Assembly (NCBI RefSeq): GCF_000315625.1
Contig: NW_005434457.1
Span: 1 to 64,000, forward strand
Origin: Guillardia theta CCMP2712
Lineage: Eukaryota > Protista > Cryptophyta
Length of the DNA stretch: 64,000 nt
Direction: 5' to 3'
Part shown: positions 1 through 11,900 of the stretch, in pieces
How positions within the stretch are numbered: position 1 is the stretch's first letter
How the letters are laid out: each line of letters begins with the position of its first letter
The notes under the pieces: generated by a model
Seen by the model: only the letters and a program-made list of their open reading frames with translations
Databases searched by the model: none
Told to the model about the DNA's origin: nothing
Made by a program: the position numbers and the translations under genes

Positions 1-4
1 CCTA

Positions 5-178
5 CTACCTCCTCCTCCTCCTCCTCCTCCTCCTCCTCCTCCTCCTCCTCCTCCTCCTCCTCCTCCTCCTCCTCCTCCTCCTCCTCCTCCTCCTCCTCCT
101 CCTCCTCCTCCTCCTCCTCCTCCTCCTCCTCCTCCTCCTCCTCCTCCTCCTCCTCCTCCTCCTCCTCCTCCTCCTCCT
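5..178. repeat. (CCT)n microsatellite, probably intronic in the ion-channel gene
   Basis: Uninterrupted CCT run. It is followed by ~3 copies of a TTTCCACTT(A/C)..CTATG.GCTCC(TGCTCC)n unit up to ~320. Confidence 0.95.
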
Positions 179-361
179 TTTCCACTTATCTATGTGCTCC
201 TGCTCCTGCTCCTCATTTTCCACTTATCTATGTGCTCCTGCTCCTGCTCCTGCTCCTCCTTTTCCACTTCATCTATGCGCTCCAGCTCCTGCTCCTGCTC
301 CCGCTCCAGCTCCTGCTTCCATTCCCTGCCCTCATCTGACATGATTAACAAATTTGCTCAC

Positions 362-1376
362 CACGATGAAATCGAAGACATTCCAACCGTTCTGCAGTCC
401 GACAGGAGGGGCAAAGGGAAGAAACAAGGTCACAAACCGAGGAGTCAAGAGCACGATCTACCTTCCAGAATCTCCACCAGAAGTTCGCGGTCATGTTGAT
501 CGCTAGATCAACCGCGAAGAGGATGGTAAAGCTCAAGTCCAGCTGGTCGAGCTGCTTGAACAAGGTGGAGTCTGGGGCAGGCAACATCTCCAGCTGCGTG
601 ACTGTGGCCGCAAAGTTGGCTGCGATGAGGAGTGCGATGAAGATTTGAACTCCGTCGGAGTCGTGGAAGTTTGCAAGTTTCCTCTTGAACTGGATGAACA
701 GAAGACGCTTCCTCCACAACTTCCTCGCGTTCACGACGAACTCGTTGATGGTCTGCATCCAGTCGGAGCACTCGGACTCAGACGAGGCCTTGAGGATGTA
801 GAGTCGGCCGCTGTTGAACCCGTCCTCTATGGTCTTGATCTTGAACTCTGTCTGAGGTCGAAAGTGCTTGCTGGGATAGGTCAAAGTTCTTTTCAGCTGC
901 TTCATGTTGGTGTCGTAGTACTCGATCTCGACTGGCTGATCACGAGAGTCTTGCGGCAGCTCGTCCGCACGGCAGTGAGCAACATACTCAATCTCATGAA
1001 GTGGGATCCAGTCGACAATGGTATCTGTAAACATACCAACAACTCACGCTCACACAACCGACAGGACAGGGAGTTGCTTCTTACCGCCGTCGGGTGCCCA
1101 ACCGAAGGCAACGTACTCCGCTGTGACCACTGTAGTGTTGTTGTTATCTTCAAACAAGACTGGTTCGCACAAGAGCAGAGCAAGTTTACCTGTTCTCCTT
1201 TCCTGCCAGCAGTTCCCTCTCGTTCCAGCAAGCCCGAGCACGGAGTCCCGAATGCAAAGGTGTGCATTCGGCATGGGACGGATCGACTCATCGAGAGTAG
1301 CCTTCTTCTTGTTGAATCTTTTCTTGAACCTTTCGATTGCCTTTTTCCGGAAACCTGATTTCAGCCACCCTTGCAT
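362..1376 (-). CDS. PH-domain + voltage-gated-type ion transport (Ion_trans) protein, 5' part; continues off the window start
   Basis: Spliced reading: MQGWLKSG...WAPDG|DTIVDWIPL...GRLYILKASSESECSDWMQTI (PH C-terminal helix). Then S1-S3-like segments VQIFIALLIAANFA, LSFTILFAVDLAINM and, after an intron, NGWNVFDFIV (canonical WN.FDF motif). Confidence 0.8.
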
Positions 1377-2297
1377 GTTTCTGCGGCCTTGAGGCAGATA
1401 GAGCTGGCGGTAGACTCTTAACGAAACCTGATGTAGCACATTCTTCAGTCGCGGAAGTGCAAGAAGATGGCAGATGAAGAAGTTGTGTATGTGTGTGGGT
1501 CGTGGATGAAGTAGAATGTCGAACAGTCGGGAGACGTGTTGTGAATACGATGATGACGAGAGAGACAAATAAAGAAGAGATTTAGTTGGTGTTGAGATAA
1601 GAGGAGGAAGAGGTGGAGGATATGGAGCGGGAAAAGAGGAGCGGAGAAGGAGTGTCAGGGAAGGATGGGGAAACAACAAGCCAGACAAAGCGCGCAGAGG
1701 AGGGGCGAGGATAACAAGTCAAGTGAAGGAGGCTGTGGCCAGCTGGGAGGGAGGAGGAGGAAGGCAAGACAGGTAATGACATAAAAAGACAGGAAATCAG
1801 ATATGGATGTATGGAGTTGTGATAACTACATACCTCTTGGTTACTACTGAGGAAAAAAAAAAGGAAAAACAAGAAAAAACAACCGTGACCACGATGGGTG
1901 TCGGCAGCAACTCCTACGCTACCCCCTTCTCCCGACTCAGAAAGGGTACCCCACCCACCTCAGCACTTGCCGGATACACCTACCCCTTTCCTAATCCACA
2001 TTTGAGTGGAATTAAGTGGGTGGGGTAGCAGCAATAAATTAACCAGGCCGGCATGTTGATATACATGTGGGGGTGGGGGTGGGGTGGGGCGCGGATGTCG
2101 CAATTTGTGTTGGGGGAATAAGGGGGTAGAACATGGGGAAAGTAGGGGTCTTGTAAAGATTTTGAACCGTAACCCCTCCTTTGTACAGCTCCCACCCTCT
2201 CAGTGGGTAGGGTACCAAAAAAGATGTCAAACTTGAGAAACTGCCCGCCATTTCCGCCCCCTCGAATAACGTGCGCTGTAACGGTTCCTACCCATAA

Positions 2298-4199
2298 ATG
2301 CGAGCGGGGTCAGGGGTCGGCGGCGGCGGCGGCGGCGGCGGAGGAGGAGGAGGAGGAGGAGGAGGAGTAAGGGGAGGAGGAGGAGAAGATCAGTTTTTTC
2401 CAAGAAGACAGATGATGGTTGGGGGCTTAAGAAGTCACAAGATGTTCGAGGAAGGGGTTCGAGAAATGGCGAACTTGCAGCGGCGAGCGGAGTGGATGAG
2501 CGAAGTTTGTAAAGAAGCACTTAGACGGACTGAGGGAGCGACCAGGAGAGCGGAGGAGCAGGTTCCCGAATGGAACATGGTGAAGGGGAAAGTAGAGCAC
2601 GCAGTCAAGCAAAGATACGAGGATTTGGTGTGTTTTTCTAACTTGTCAGCAATACGACCTGATTGGGAGGCTGAAATGCAAGAGATCGGATTCTTAGACA
2701 GAGTTCGCGTAATGAGAAATGCTGAGAGAAGTGACATGGTGGTGAGAGGAGGAGGGCAGAATCTGAGGGAGGAGCCACAGTTGAAGGCACGGCATGACGC
2801 TCATGGTATTCCATGGAAGGAGGAGGAGGAGGAGGATGAAGAAGAGTTTCACGCGTCGGCTGGACTGAGTTGGATGATGGAAGATGGGAAGGTTGTTATC
2901 ACGGACATTGAGCCTGGTTCTCCTGCTTTCTTCTCTCCCTTGGCAGTCGGAGATCATGTGCTGTACGTCAATGACTCGAGGGCAAGCAGGGAAGACATGG
3001 GAATTTTGAGCAGGACTTTTCACGACCCTTCCTTGCTTTCAAGGTCAGAGAGAATTGTCGATTGGGTGATGGAATTGCGGAAGCCCATCCAGCTTGTTGC
3101 GCAGAGAAGCACCCAGCTGGTAACAGCGAGTCTGTACCTTGCTCCTGTCAACATCATCTGGACGCTCAGGGCAACGTGCACGGCTATAGGAAGACTGAGG
3201 AACGTGGAGGAGGAGATGTCAACACTGGAGCAGCGACATCTTGATGCTGCAAAGTCAGCCCTATCAGAGACTTTGAGGAACCTCGTGGCCTTTCGACTGA
3301 AAGAATGGCTCGTGCGGGGCAAGCTGGTTGACCGTCTTGTGAGCTCGTTTGCAAAGAGCGTTGAGAAGAGAGCGAACTCGATGACTGCGATGCTCAAGGC
3401 CTCGAGCATGGCAGAAGAGCAAAGATGCTCTCAGTTGAGGATGAACGAAAGAGCCAACGCTATCTGCGAACGCGCCTTGGCCAAAAGAGAAGGACGACGG
3501 TTGAGGCAATCCTGGAACAGGATACGCAGGAATGTCGTGACGGGAAGGAAGTTGCGGAGACTGGCAGGCAGAATCGTGGAGAGGTTGTTAATGAGGAGTA
3601 GCTTAATGTGGCGAACCTCAGCGCAAGAGAAGAAGTTGTCAAGAGAACTCCAAGAGGCTAAGAGCAAGCTTTCTCGGCACAAGTACAACTTGAAGGCACT
3701 TCTGTCCAGCTTCTCTTGGTGGAAACAGGTTAAAAAGACCAAATCTCTTCGTCTCTCGCTGCTGCACTCTCTCACTTGCAAAGCTGCTGTCCAGCTTCTC
3801 TCTGCTCTCTTGTCAACTTGGCGGCGACAAGTCAAGAGGATCGGCAAGTTTCGCAGGATCCAGTTCGAATGTTGGGCTAGACCGTCACTTCTTGAATGGA
3901 AGAAGTTCGTGAAAGCGAGTCAAACTTGCCGCCGATCGACGCTGCATGTGACAACCCAGGAACTCCTGCGACTGCTGACGGAGATCAACGAAGTTGACAC
4001 TTGCGTTGTCCGACTGTCGTTGGATGTGAGAAAGCAGCATGGATACATTGAGTGCCTGGAAAGGAGTCTAGAAGAGGCTCAGAACCAGCTCTCAGCCTCT
4101 GAGGATCTTCAGTACAAGGCAGGAGAAAAGATCCGGGAGTTGGAAGGTGAACTGCTGCGAGAAAGTCTCAAGCAAGGCTCGTTGCACCTCCACCAATAG
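2298..4199 (+). CDS. PDZ-domain coiled-coil protein with Trp-periodic (Sfi1-like) repeats
   Basis: 633-aa ORF. GLSW..EDGKVVITDIEPGSPA...LAVGDHVLYVND is PDZ-like. The C-terminal half has W[R/K/N][R/K/Q/T] motifs spaced ~26-37 aa apart and a coiled coil. The start codon is uncertain. Confidence 0.7.
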   Translation: MRAGSGVGGGGGGGGGGGGGGGGVRGGGGEDQFFPRRQMMVGGLRSHKMFEEGVREMANLQRRAEWMSEVCKEALRRTEGATRRAEEQVPEWNMVKGKVEHAVKQRYEDLVCFSNLSAIRPDWEAEMQEIGFLDRVRVMRNAERSDMVVRGGGQNLREEPQLKARHDAHGIPWKEEEEEDEEEFHASAGLSWMMEDGKVVITDIEPGSPAFFSPLAVGDHVLYVNDSRASREDMGILSRTFHDPSLLSRSERIVDWVMELRKPIQLVAQRSTQLVTASLYLAPVNIIWTLRATCTAIGRLRNVEEEMSTLEQRHLDAAKSALSETLRNLVAFRLKEWLVRGKLVDRLVSSFAKSVEKRANSMTAMLKASSMAEEQRCSQLRMNERANAICERALAKREGRRLRQSWNRIRRNVVTGRKLRRLAGRIVERLLMRSSLMWRTSAQEKKLSRELQEAKSKLSRHKYNLKALLSSFSWWKQVKKTKSLRLSLLHSLTCKAAVQLLSALLSTWRRQVKRIGKFRRIQFECWARPSLLEWKKFVKASQTCRRSTLHVTTQELLRLLTEINEVDTCVVRLSLDVRKQHGYIECLERSLEEAQNQLSASEDLQYKAGEKIRELEGELLRESLKQGSLHLHQ

Positions 4200-4371
4200 C
4201 GCTGAGTGAAGCGGTGGGGGAGGAAGTGAGAAGAAAAAGGAAGGACCGAGCTTGCAAACGATATCTTTCACTTGCTGTGCTTATGAACAATATCCGACGA
4301 TGGGAACGTCCATGATGACTTGTGAAGTTTGTGGTTGATGTAGTATATCCTGACAGATTCACGACCGTCAG

Positions 4372-6783
4372 CCTACTAGAACATTACACTGCACTTCGCA
4401 TCTCACCTCCCGTTCCTGTCTTCTTCTCGCTTCCATCCCGCTGGCAGTTTGCGTAGTTTTCTTCTCACAGTGTCAGGAGCCCACCAGGAGGGAGAGAGGG
4501 AGTAGCAACCTGGAGCTCTTCATGTATTTCTCAATCTGCTCCTTGACGGTCCTGATAGGGTGGAGCACAAGATTCTGGACGCGCGTCAGTTTTAAGAGCT
4601 GGAGGGAGCAAGGCAGCTGCAAGGACCTTATCTTCCTTCGAGAAAGTCCACCGCCCCTTCGACGCTTCCTTCATCTTCTGCAACAGCCGCTGGGAGGTGA
4701 TATAAGTATCGCCGCCTCCAGCAAACTTCCTTCAAGGACCTTGTTCGCCTGCTCCATCAGCTTCAGCTTCTGCCCCTCTTGCTTCAGCTCCTTCGCCACG
4801 TGACTCTGGACACAGCTGCTCAGTCCCTGGGCCCGACTCCAGGAAAGGGAGGATCACCTCCAGAAACGCATCGACGTCTTTCTTGACAAGAGTTTGCAAC
4901 ATCTTGGGGTTGTCCCCTTTGTGCACAACCTCTCTCACTGTAATCTGCAGCCATCGCCATCATTTTCCATCCTCTCCTCGCCCTCCCTTCACTCACCACT
5001 TTCCCCTTGTGGCCTGGAGGCCCCGGAGGCCCCGGAGGTCCTGCCAGTACGTCACATGCCCACGACGGAAAAGTTGTCAAAAACCTTCTGCTCCGTTAGT
5101 TCCCGCCGGGCCCGCCGGGCCCTGTTGAGCATCTTCAGAGGAAACGGGCCAGCAAAACATGGATCTCGCAGGGAAGTGGCCGGTGAAGAGGACGGAGCGG
5201 CGATGGAGAAGACAGGGCAGTGAGAGTTCAAGTTCAAGTGGCAGCTGCATAAAGAGGTGGACTAAAAGGGACGGGAATGGCAACGAAAGTACGAGATGCT
5301 TGAGGAGATAACGAATGAAAAATCATCGACCTGCTTTCCGGGCAATCCTGGCGTACCCCGATCAGGCCATGGCCCATTCCGCCACTTGTAGCCTAACTCC
5401 CTCAGCTGTACCCTCCTACAATCCAAGTCAAAATTGAATGAAGAAGAGAAGGCCATTAGTTCAACTCACATGTCCTCGACCTGCCCATTGAGCCGCCTGA
5501 ATTTTTCGTGTTCATCCCACAACTGCGATGGCAGTGAATGATGACGAGTTCACTGTAAGACACGGTACTTTGTCTTTCATCCGTTGAATCCGCTTCTTCT
5601 GCTCTTCTTTCAATGATCTGTGACACCTCTCAGACTGGATCAACTCTCTGGTCAGCTCGAGTACTCGAAATCAGACTCGAGGCGCTGGAGGTCTTGTGAG
5701 TTTGTTGCAGATTGAAGAGCCTGAAGCAATACAGGTGAGAAGGCAGGAAGCTTCAAACGCAAATCCAAGAACCTGAGATAGTTGCTTGTAGTTTCCGCTT
5801 CTACATGCCTTATCAGCCAAACAATCCTAGATCAAACATTCAGACTCACGGAGCGATCCATTCCCCGCTGGGCTGCTGGAGGACAGCTGCAATCTGATCG
5901 TTGCCAAATGCCAGCTGAGGTTGAGTTCCCTTGTTTGAAACTTCACCCTCTTGACGCGCATGTCAGACACCATGATTCAACCGCTGAGCACCAGACCTGC
6001 TTTCATGTAGGGCCCGAGATCCTTGGGGATATACGGATAATATATCACCTGCTCACTTCTGTCAGGGAGCGCACTGCAACGGGCATACTAGCAGACCTTT
6101 CCCTCCGGTGTGTCCACTTCATGAACTCCTACTGGCTCGTTGTTCCTCCTCTTCGGCGCTTGCTTGACCTTCTTAGGGCTTGTCACTGCTGGACGACTGC
6201 TCGGACTCTGCACATTGAGCGAGTTCATCTGCAACACTGAGGAGGAGGGTGAACGAAACTACCTCCAGGTTCAGGGTCGTTCCCTTGTCGTGCTTCAGCG
6301 AGCCATCAAACTGAATCTTGAGAGAGGAGATCAACGGATTGTCTTATAATCTGGGCCATCAAGTACCTGGAAGTACCCTGGTGGCTCTACCTCCCTGGCA
6401 ACAGGTGGAAGCGCCTCCCCGAGGGTGTCAGAGGACCGGATCTGCACGTTTGTTCAGCAATCGTCCAGCTCAGAGGCTGCTTCTGATGTACTGGATTCCG
6501 GTGGACAGTCTCCGACTGATAAGACTCCGGAACCTGCGAGAGCGTGAGTGAAAGGCATGAGTAAGAAGAGTATCGCTACCCCAAAGAGTAATTTCTGTTG
6601 GGATTCTTCGACAGCGTGATTGGATGCTGCTGTAATGCAAATGTAAGGCTGGACTTCAAGAAGCGGCAAGCATGTAAAGTGAGAATAACCTGGTGAGGAT
6701 ATTCGCTGTAGAACAAGTATGCAAACAAGAAGAGCCAATGTGATCAAAAAGCCGCGCTGTAGTTTTGTTCGGGTAGCAAGCAT
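4372..6783 (-). CDS. Multi-exon secreted/type-II membrane coiled-coil protein with short collagen-like G-X-Y segments
   Basis: N-terminal hydrophobic segment FLITLALLVCILVL. Exons encode GTPGLPGKQ, GPAGPAGTNGAEG and GPPGPPGPPGHKG plus coiled-coil stretches, separated by GT-AG introns. The 3' end is approximate. Confidence 0.5.
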
Positions 6784-7332
6784 CGTAGATCAGTCCAACT
6801 TCAATCTTCGTGTAACCTCATTGCTTCTCTCCAAGCTGCCCAGGAAACATTCAAAACAACGATTCAGTAATTCGAACGCTGACAATAACGACTGAGAACA
6901 AAAGCATTGGAAAAACAAAAGCGCTTCCAGTTCAGGGTTCCAAAAACACATCAAATTTTATGCTCCAAAGATTGCGTCTACAGATCGATGTATCTCGTCT
7001 GCGTCTGTTTTACATGCTCAACTCTACATCTCGGTGCTTATTTTCGTTCATATCTTACACCACAGATGGCTTTAATAGTGCAAATCAACCACCCTCCTCC
7101 CCCTTCCCCAAGGCGTCAAATCGTGCTCCTGAATCCCACCACGTCTTCACCGAATTTTCGCGCCTTCTTCCCACATGCCCCACACCTTCCCATGGGCATT
7201 CCATCAAAATTATCCCCTCCTTCCCGCTCCTCCCTCTCTATCCCATCTCCCCTGTACCTCTTGCCCCCGTCCCAGTGCTCGCTCTCTCAGCGCTTGCTCC
7301 CCCTCCCTCCCTCCCTCTCTCCCTCCCTCCCT

Positions 7333-7432
7333 NNNNNNNNNNNNNNNNNNNNNNNNNNNNNNNNNNNNNNNNNNNNNNNNNNNNNNNNNNNNNNNNNNNN
7401 NNNNNNNNNNNNNNNNNNNNNNNNNNNNNNNN
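7333..7432. other. Assembly gap (100 N)
   Basis: N run. Confidence 1.
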
Positions 7433-8912
7433 AGAGAATCATAATCGTACCCCCCGAAGAACCAAAATCTTCACCCACTTTTCATTATATCACTGTAAAA
7501 TGAAATTGGTACTCTTTTGTATAGATAAAAACAATTTTCTTCGTATAAACTATTACTCAAAATTTATGTATATTCGTACGGAAAAGTGTCGAAAAAGAGG
7601 ATTTTCGTAGTGGCTGTTACACAAATACCTCGATCCCAGTCATGTGGGTACCACTACCTCTATGCGATGGTATTTTAATAGATAAGCAAATTTATGTACC
7701 ATCTCTTTCGAATATTAAGTACGAAATAATTTACTCACTATTAACATATCTGGGTTCTTAGTGGGCTCTGTCAAATGAGTGCTTCACTTATGGAAGTACC
7801 CCTTTTCTCCTATACAAAAGGGGAGTACATAATATACAATTGAGGGGTGGGTGGGAAAGGTATGAGGAAGATGTACCCTCGGCGGAAATTCATGGACGAG
7901 GAGGAGGGGCGGACAGGTGGCGGGATGGTGGGAGGACTGGATGTTGAAAGCAGAAGAAGGTGGTGAAGAGGAGAGAGAAGAAGAGAGCAGATTGAAACAT
8001 GGGCACAATCTTAGAAGCATGCCAAGATCGTGAGCAAGGCGATCGCACTACACCCCTTCCCTCTGCTCCCGAACTCCTATTGCTGACCGGGATATTGTAC
8101 AGGAGACACGCAGTACCAGCCTTGCAGCTTCAGCTGTAGAACTTGATGATTCTGAGAAGAAGATTGTCTCCTGCTGTAGCCTGAAATAGCTGGAGAGAGA
8201 TCTGCATCTGTTATGTATGCGATTGGCGCAGATCCTCTGCGATCAACCTTGAGAGCATTGGCCAGTATTGATGTAGCTCCTCCTCAACAGTTTTTCATAG
8301 CGGTTAGGAAGAAGTATGCTTGAGAGAGGGATTAAGGAAGTTGAGACGTTTCATTGGTTGATGAGGTAAAGCGGGTCTGGGAGTTTGAGTGAAGGTGGGT
8401 ACGTATTCGAGAGAGCACCGTTGTCGTGGTCTGCTGTGAGCTTGGAAAGTGGAATGCTAAGAAGAATCCTCGCTTTGACAGAACGCTAGATTGTCAAGGA
8501 ACTGGATGATCTATTGAAATGAGTCGATGAAGGAAGTGTTTGGAAACTGGCTCTTTGTAGCCACGAGTTACGATCTTTCCCTGCTGAGATTGCATGAGAT
8601 TGCGATGTTGGATATTTCACTGTTCATTATGTTGAGTAACTTTCATGCCTTTGTAACATGGACGTGCTTGATAGATTGAAACCTTCCGTATTCTGATCGC
8701 TTTCAGCAGGCTTGGCTGGCGCTGTGACAAAAGTCTGCAAGATTGACAGGATTATGATACCGCTGGCTCGTCGATTGCGAGAATCTGCTGTGTAATTTCT
8801 TGGCGATAGGGAATTTCAACATTGGAAGAAAGCTGCCAATACCAGTTGCCTCTCGCACAGACTAGATTGCGCAACTAAACAATTAGATTGCTACAAACTT
8901 GATCAGGACACG

Positions 8913-11900
8913 ATGGAGTGGTACTGCCATTCTTATGTGTGTGTGTCCGCTAGAATTGAATTCTATTCTCTTCAGGTACGAGGCGATCCAGGATGCCGCC
9001 GAGGTACCAATGGGGACTCAAGATATGGAGCTTCTGCAAGGAATTGTTCCTGATACTGGAATCGACATTTTTGGTGACAGCCGTTTTGGATCAAATCAAA
9101 TGCAGGGACCAATGTCACTTCAAGGACGATCGCAGAATTTCTCAAACCAAGGGAACTATGATTTGCCGCTTTATGGGGCTGGAGACCAAATGTCCAACCA
9201 GATTTCCACGTTGGGGGAATGGTTTCAGGAGGATCATCTTCCTTTGGTCAACCAGGTCAATTAATGACGGGTCAGAATAACTTCGTGCCAAATTCAATGC
9301 TTGGAATGCCAGATGGATCAGGTTTTCAGAATAATCAGTCACTACAGCAAAACGCATCAAGACTGTAAGGATTCATTTTCAAAGTTTGTTCCACTAAGCT
9401 ATATGCAGAATGCCGCAAGCTGGTATGCAAGGTTTGACGACCGGCAACATTCAAGCGGGAATGCAGCCAAACATCCAGGTAGTGAGAGTGTGTCGTTCAC
9501 CTGCATCGTCAAAGTTAGAACTTTGCACAGACTGGGCTGCACACTGGAATGCAAACTGGCTTTATGGGCGGTATCGGATCAGGGGTGGTTGCAAACAGAG
9601 CTCCTATGCAAATGCCACAGGGAGCAGTCAATCAAGGCGGTGAGACTTAATCACGTCGCCATGACGTGCATTAATTACTGATGTCTTGTGTTGTCACTCC
9701 AGGCATGAACGCTGGATTCGTGTCACAATCTCAAGCCACAAAGCGTGAAGCTCCTGATAACATTCCTGGTTCCTCAGAAGCATTGGATCTCCGAAATTTC
9801 TCATGCTTTCCAATTTCAGATGAGAAACCTGCTAAGAAAGCTCCCAAACGGTCACTCGCTGCAACTATAGAACGAATGGAAAACATAAGATTCTTGAAAG
9901 AAAGAGGTACAAAGCGATTCGTTTTCATCTCGTGTTTCTGATCTCTGATTTTGAAGGCGTGAGAAGACCAAGGAACTGATGTCTGAATTGCAAACTCTGA
10001 TTCCTTCGGTCGAATCTGTGCAGGTTTCACACAAATTTGTGTTTCAGCATGTCGTTAATGGAAAATGTAGGAGAGTCTGACCATGAATACTGTGCTTGAA
10101 GAAGCTATTGAACATCTGAAAGAACAACAGAAAAATTCAACACAATTAATGGTATGTCTTGCTGTGTCAAGCCATGTCTTCTAATGCAGCGAAGTTGAGG
10201 CCGAAAGATGGAGATTCATCTGGTCCGGGAGCTGGCGGTACTTTCAAAGAAGTAGAGATATCCGCTTGATAACATGGAAATTGCAGGACTTGCGAAGGCT
10301 TTCGGTCCATCAGGATCTGGGACCAGAGACGGCTTCAATCTCATCCAAGGAAGCTCCGACGATTCCATGGGAGGCTTGGAAGCTGCAGTCGTTCCTTCGC
10401 AAAACCCAGCTGCTCAAACTCCAGCAGCCCTTGCAATGGGTATCCATACCCCTCCATTTCTCAATCTGAGTCCTGCTGACCTTGAAACAGAGAAGAAAAG
10501 TTCTTCTACGGCAGAACAACTGCAATTGGTTGGGGCTGTTTTCATTCAAGTGTATGTGGAGTTCTAACGATTCCCTTCAGGGCAGGATGCCAGATCAAGA
10601 ATTCAAATATTTCCGTCTAGTACTTATGCAGGAGGCAATACCTTCTCAAATCCAGTTTTGACTATGCTAACCATCCGTTGTGTAAACTATAGACTCTATA
10701 TGCACGGATGTTGGAAGGATGGGAACAGAAAATGGGAGTTGATCTTGTGCAAGACTCGCTCAGTCTCTTGTGTCTCGCCAGACAGGTTGCATACATGGAA
10801 AGTTCGTTTGTATTTTCTGACATCAATGTTCAAGGGTCTGTCACAGCAAGAGCTCGAAGATTTGTTGCAGGTCAGCGAACCTTTTCGCCTTGCATTGCAT
10901 CAAGCATGACCACACAAGCAGATCAAAGAGAGGGGGCTTGAGACACAATGGATTGATTTAGCCGATGCTTTAAATGCGGATCTTGCTGTTAGAAGCCAGG
11001 TGATTTTGCAGATAAGATTCAGTTACATGCGATATCTAAATGAGCATGCAGGGACTTCTGGGCTTTGTGTATAGCGCGTTCAGGCTTGCTGTAGAGCGCA
11101 GATATCTCCGAAATCCTGAGGTTTTCTTTGGGATTGCTCTAGATAGCTGCTTACTTTTTTGAAACCACAGGATAGAAGGAAGATTCAGCTCAGATTGGCC
11201 GAATACTTCGAGAAAAAGCACGGATCAGATGCACAGAGAGCTGCGAACGAGCTGCCATATGGTGATTGAGTAGGATGGATGCAAAGGGTTGAAAACTGAT
11301 AGAATTATAGCTTTGGAGAGTGTTGGAGAGTGGTCAAGACTGCGAGAATGCTTATCAAGCTCTTTGGACCTCCTTTATCAGCTATACAACGACAAGGATA
11401 AGGTATAATTGTTCATGTGCAGGAAGATTATGCTCAACGCGGATACTTTCAGGGCGATCTTTTGCGATTCTGGCGAAAAGGTGGTGATGTTGAAACTAGT
11501 GGATATGAAGCAGCGTCACAGGTATGCCTTACTGATTGATATCTTATTCTCCTTTGATGGTCGTTTTAGCTTTATGCACAACGTCTCAAGCGTTTTGAAG
11601 AAGAAGGAATGGCACCTCAGATCCTATGGCAAAGGTGAGCTCATACTTTCTCTTACCAGGAGGAACCTGCAGGGTGATTGAACTGTGCTATATAGCTGCC
11701 TCATCACTGCTCGCTTCCTTGGGGATGCCGGACAATTCAAAGAGGCAGAAAACATCCTTGGAAAGGTTGATTTGTTGCGCCATGAAGACCTCCCTTCTAA
11801 CAGCAAGCAGGCTAGAGATCTTTCAAAGGAGCTCGGTGGAGGCGACAAGTTCGTGGCTGAAGTGTCTCTACGGTGTGCAGAGCTTCTCAACAAGTGGGCT

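Noticed and set aside
5-499. Poly-Arg/Leu/Ser ORFs (also at 38218-38875, 41936-42338, 62074-62325)
   Set aside because: These are translations of microsatellites and minisatellites.
9851-9870. A 20-nt GT-AG micro-intron would restore the bHLH frame
   Set aside because: Far below local intron size. A missing A in the GGAAAAC run gives a better basic region (ERMEKHKILERKRR), and the gene has other homopolymer indels.
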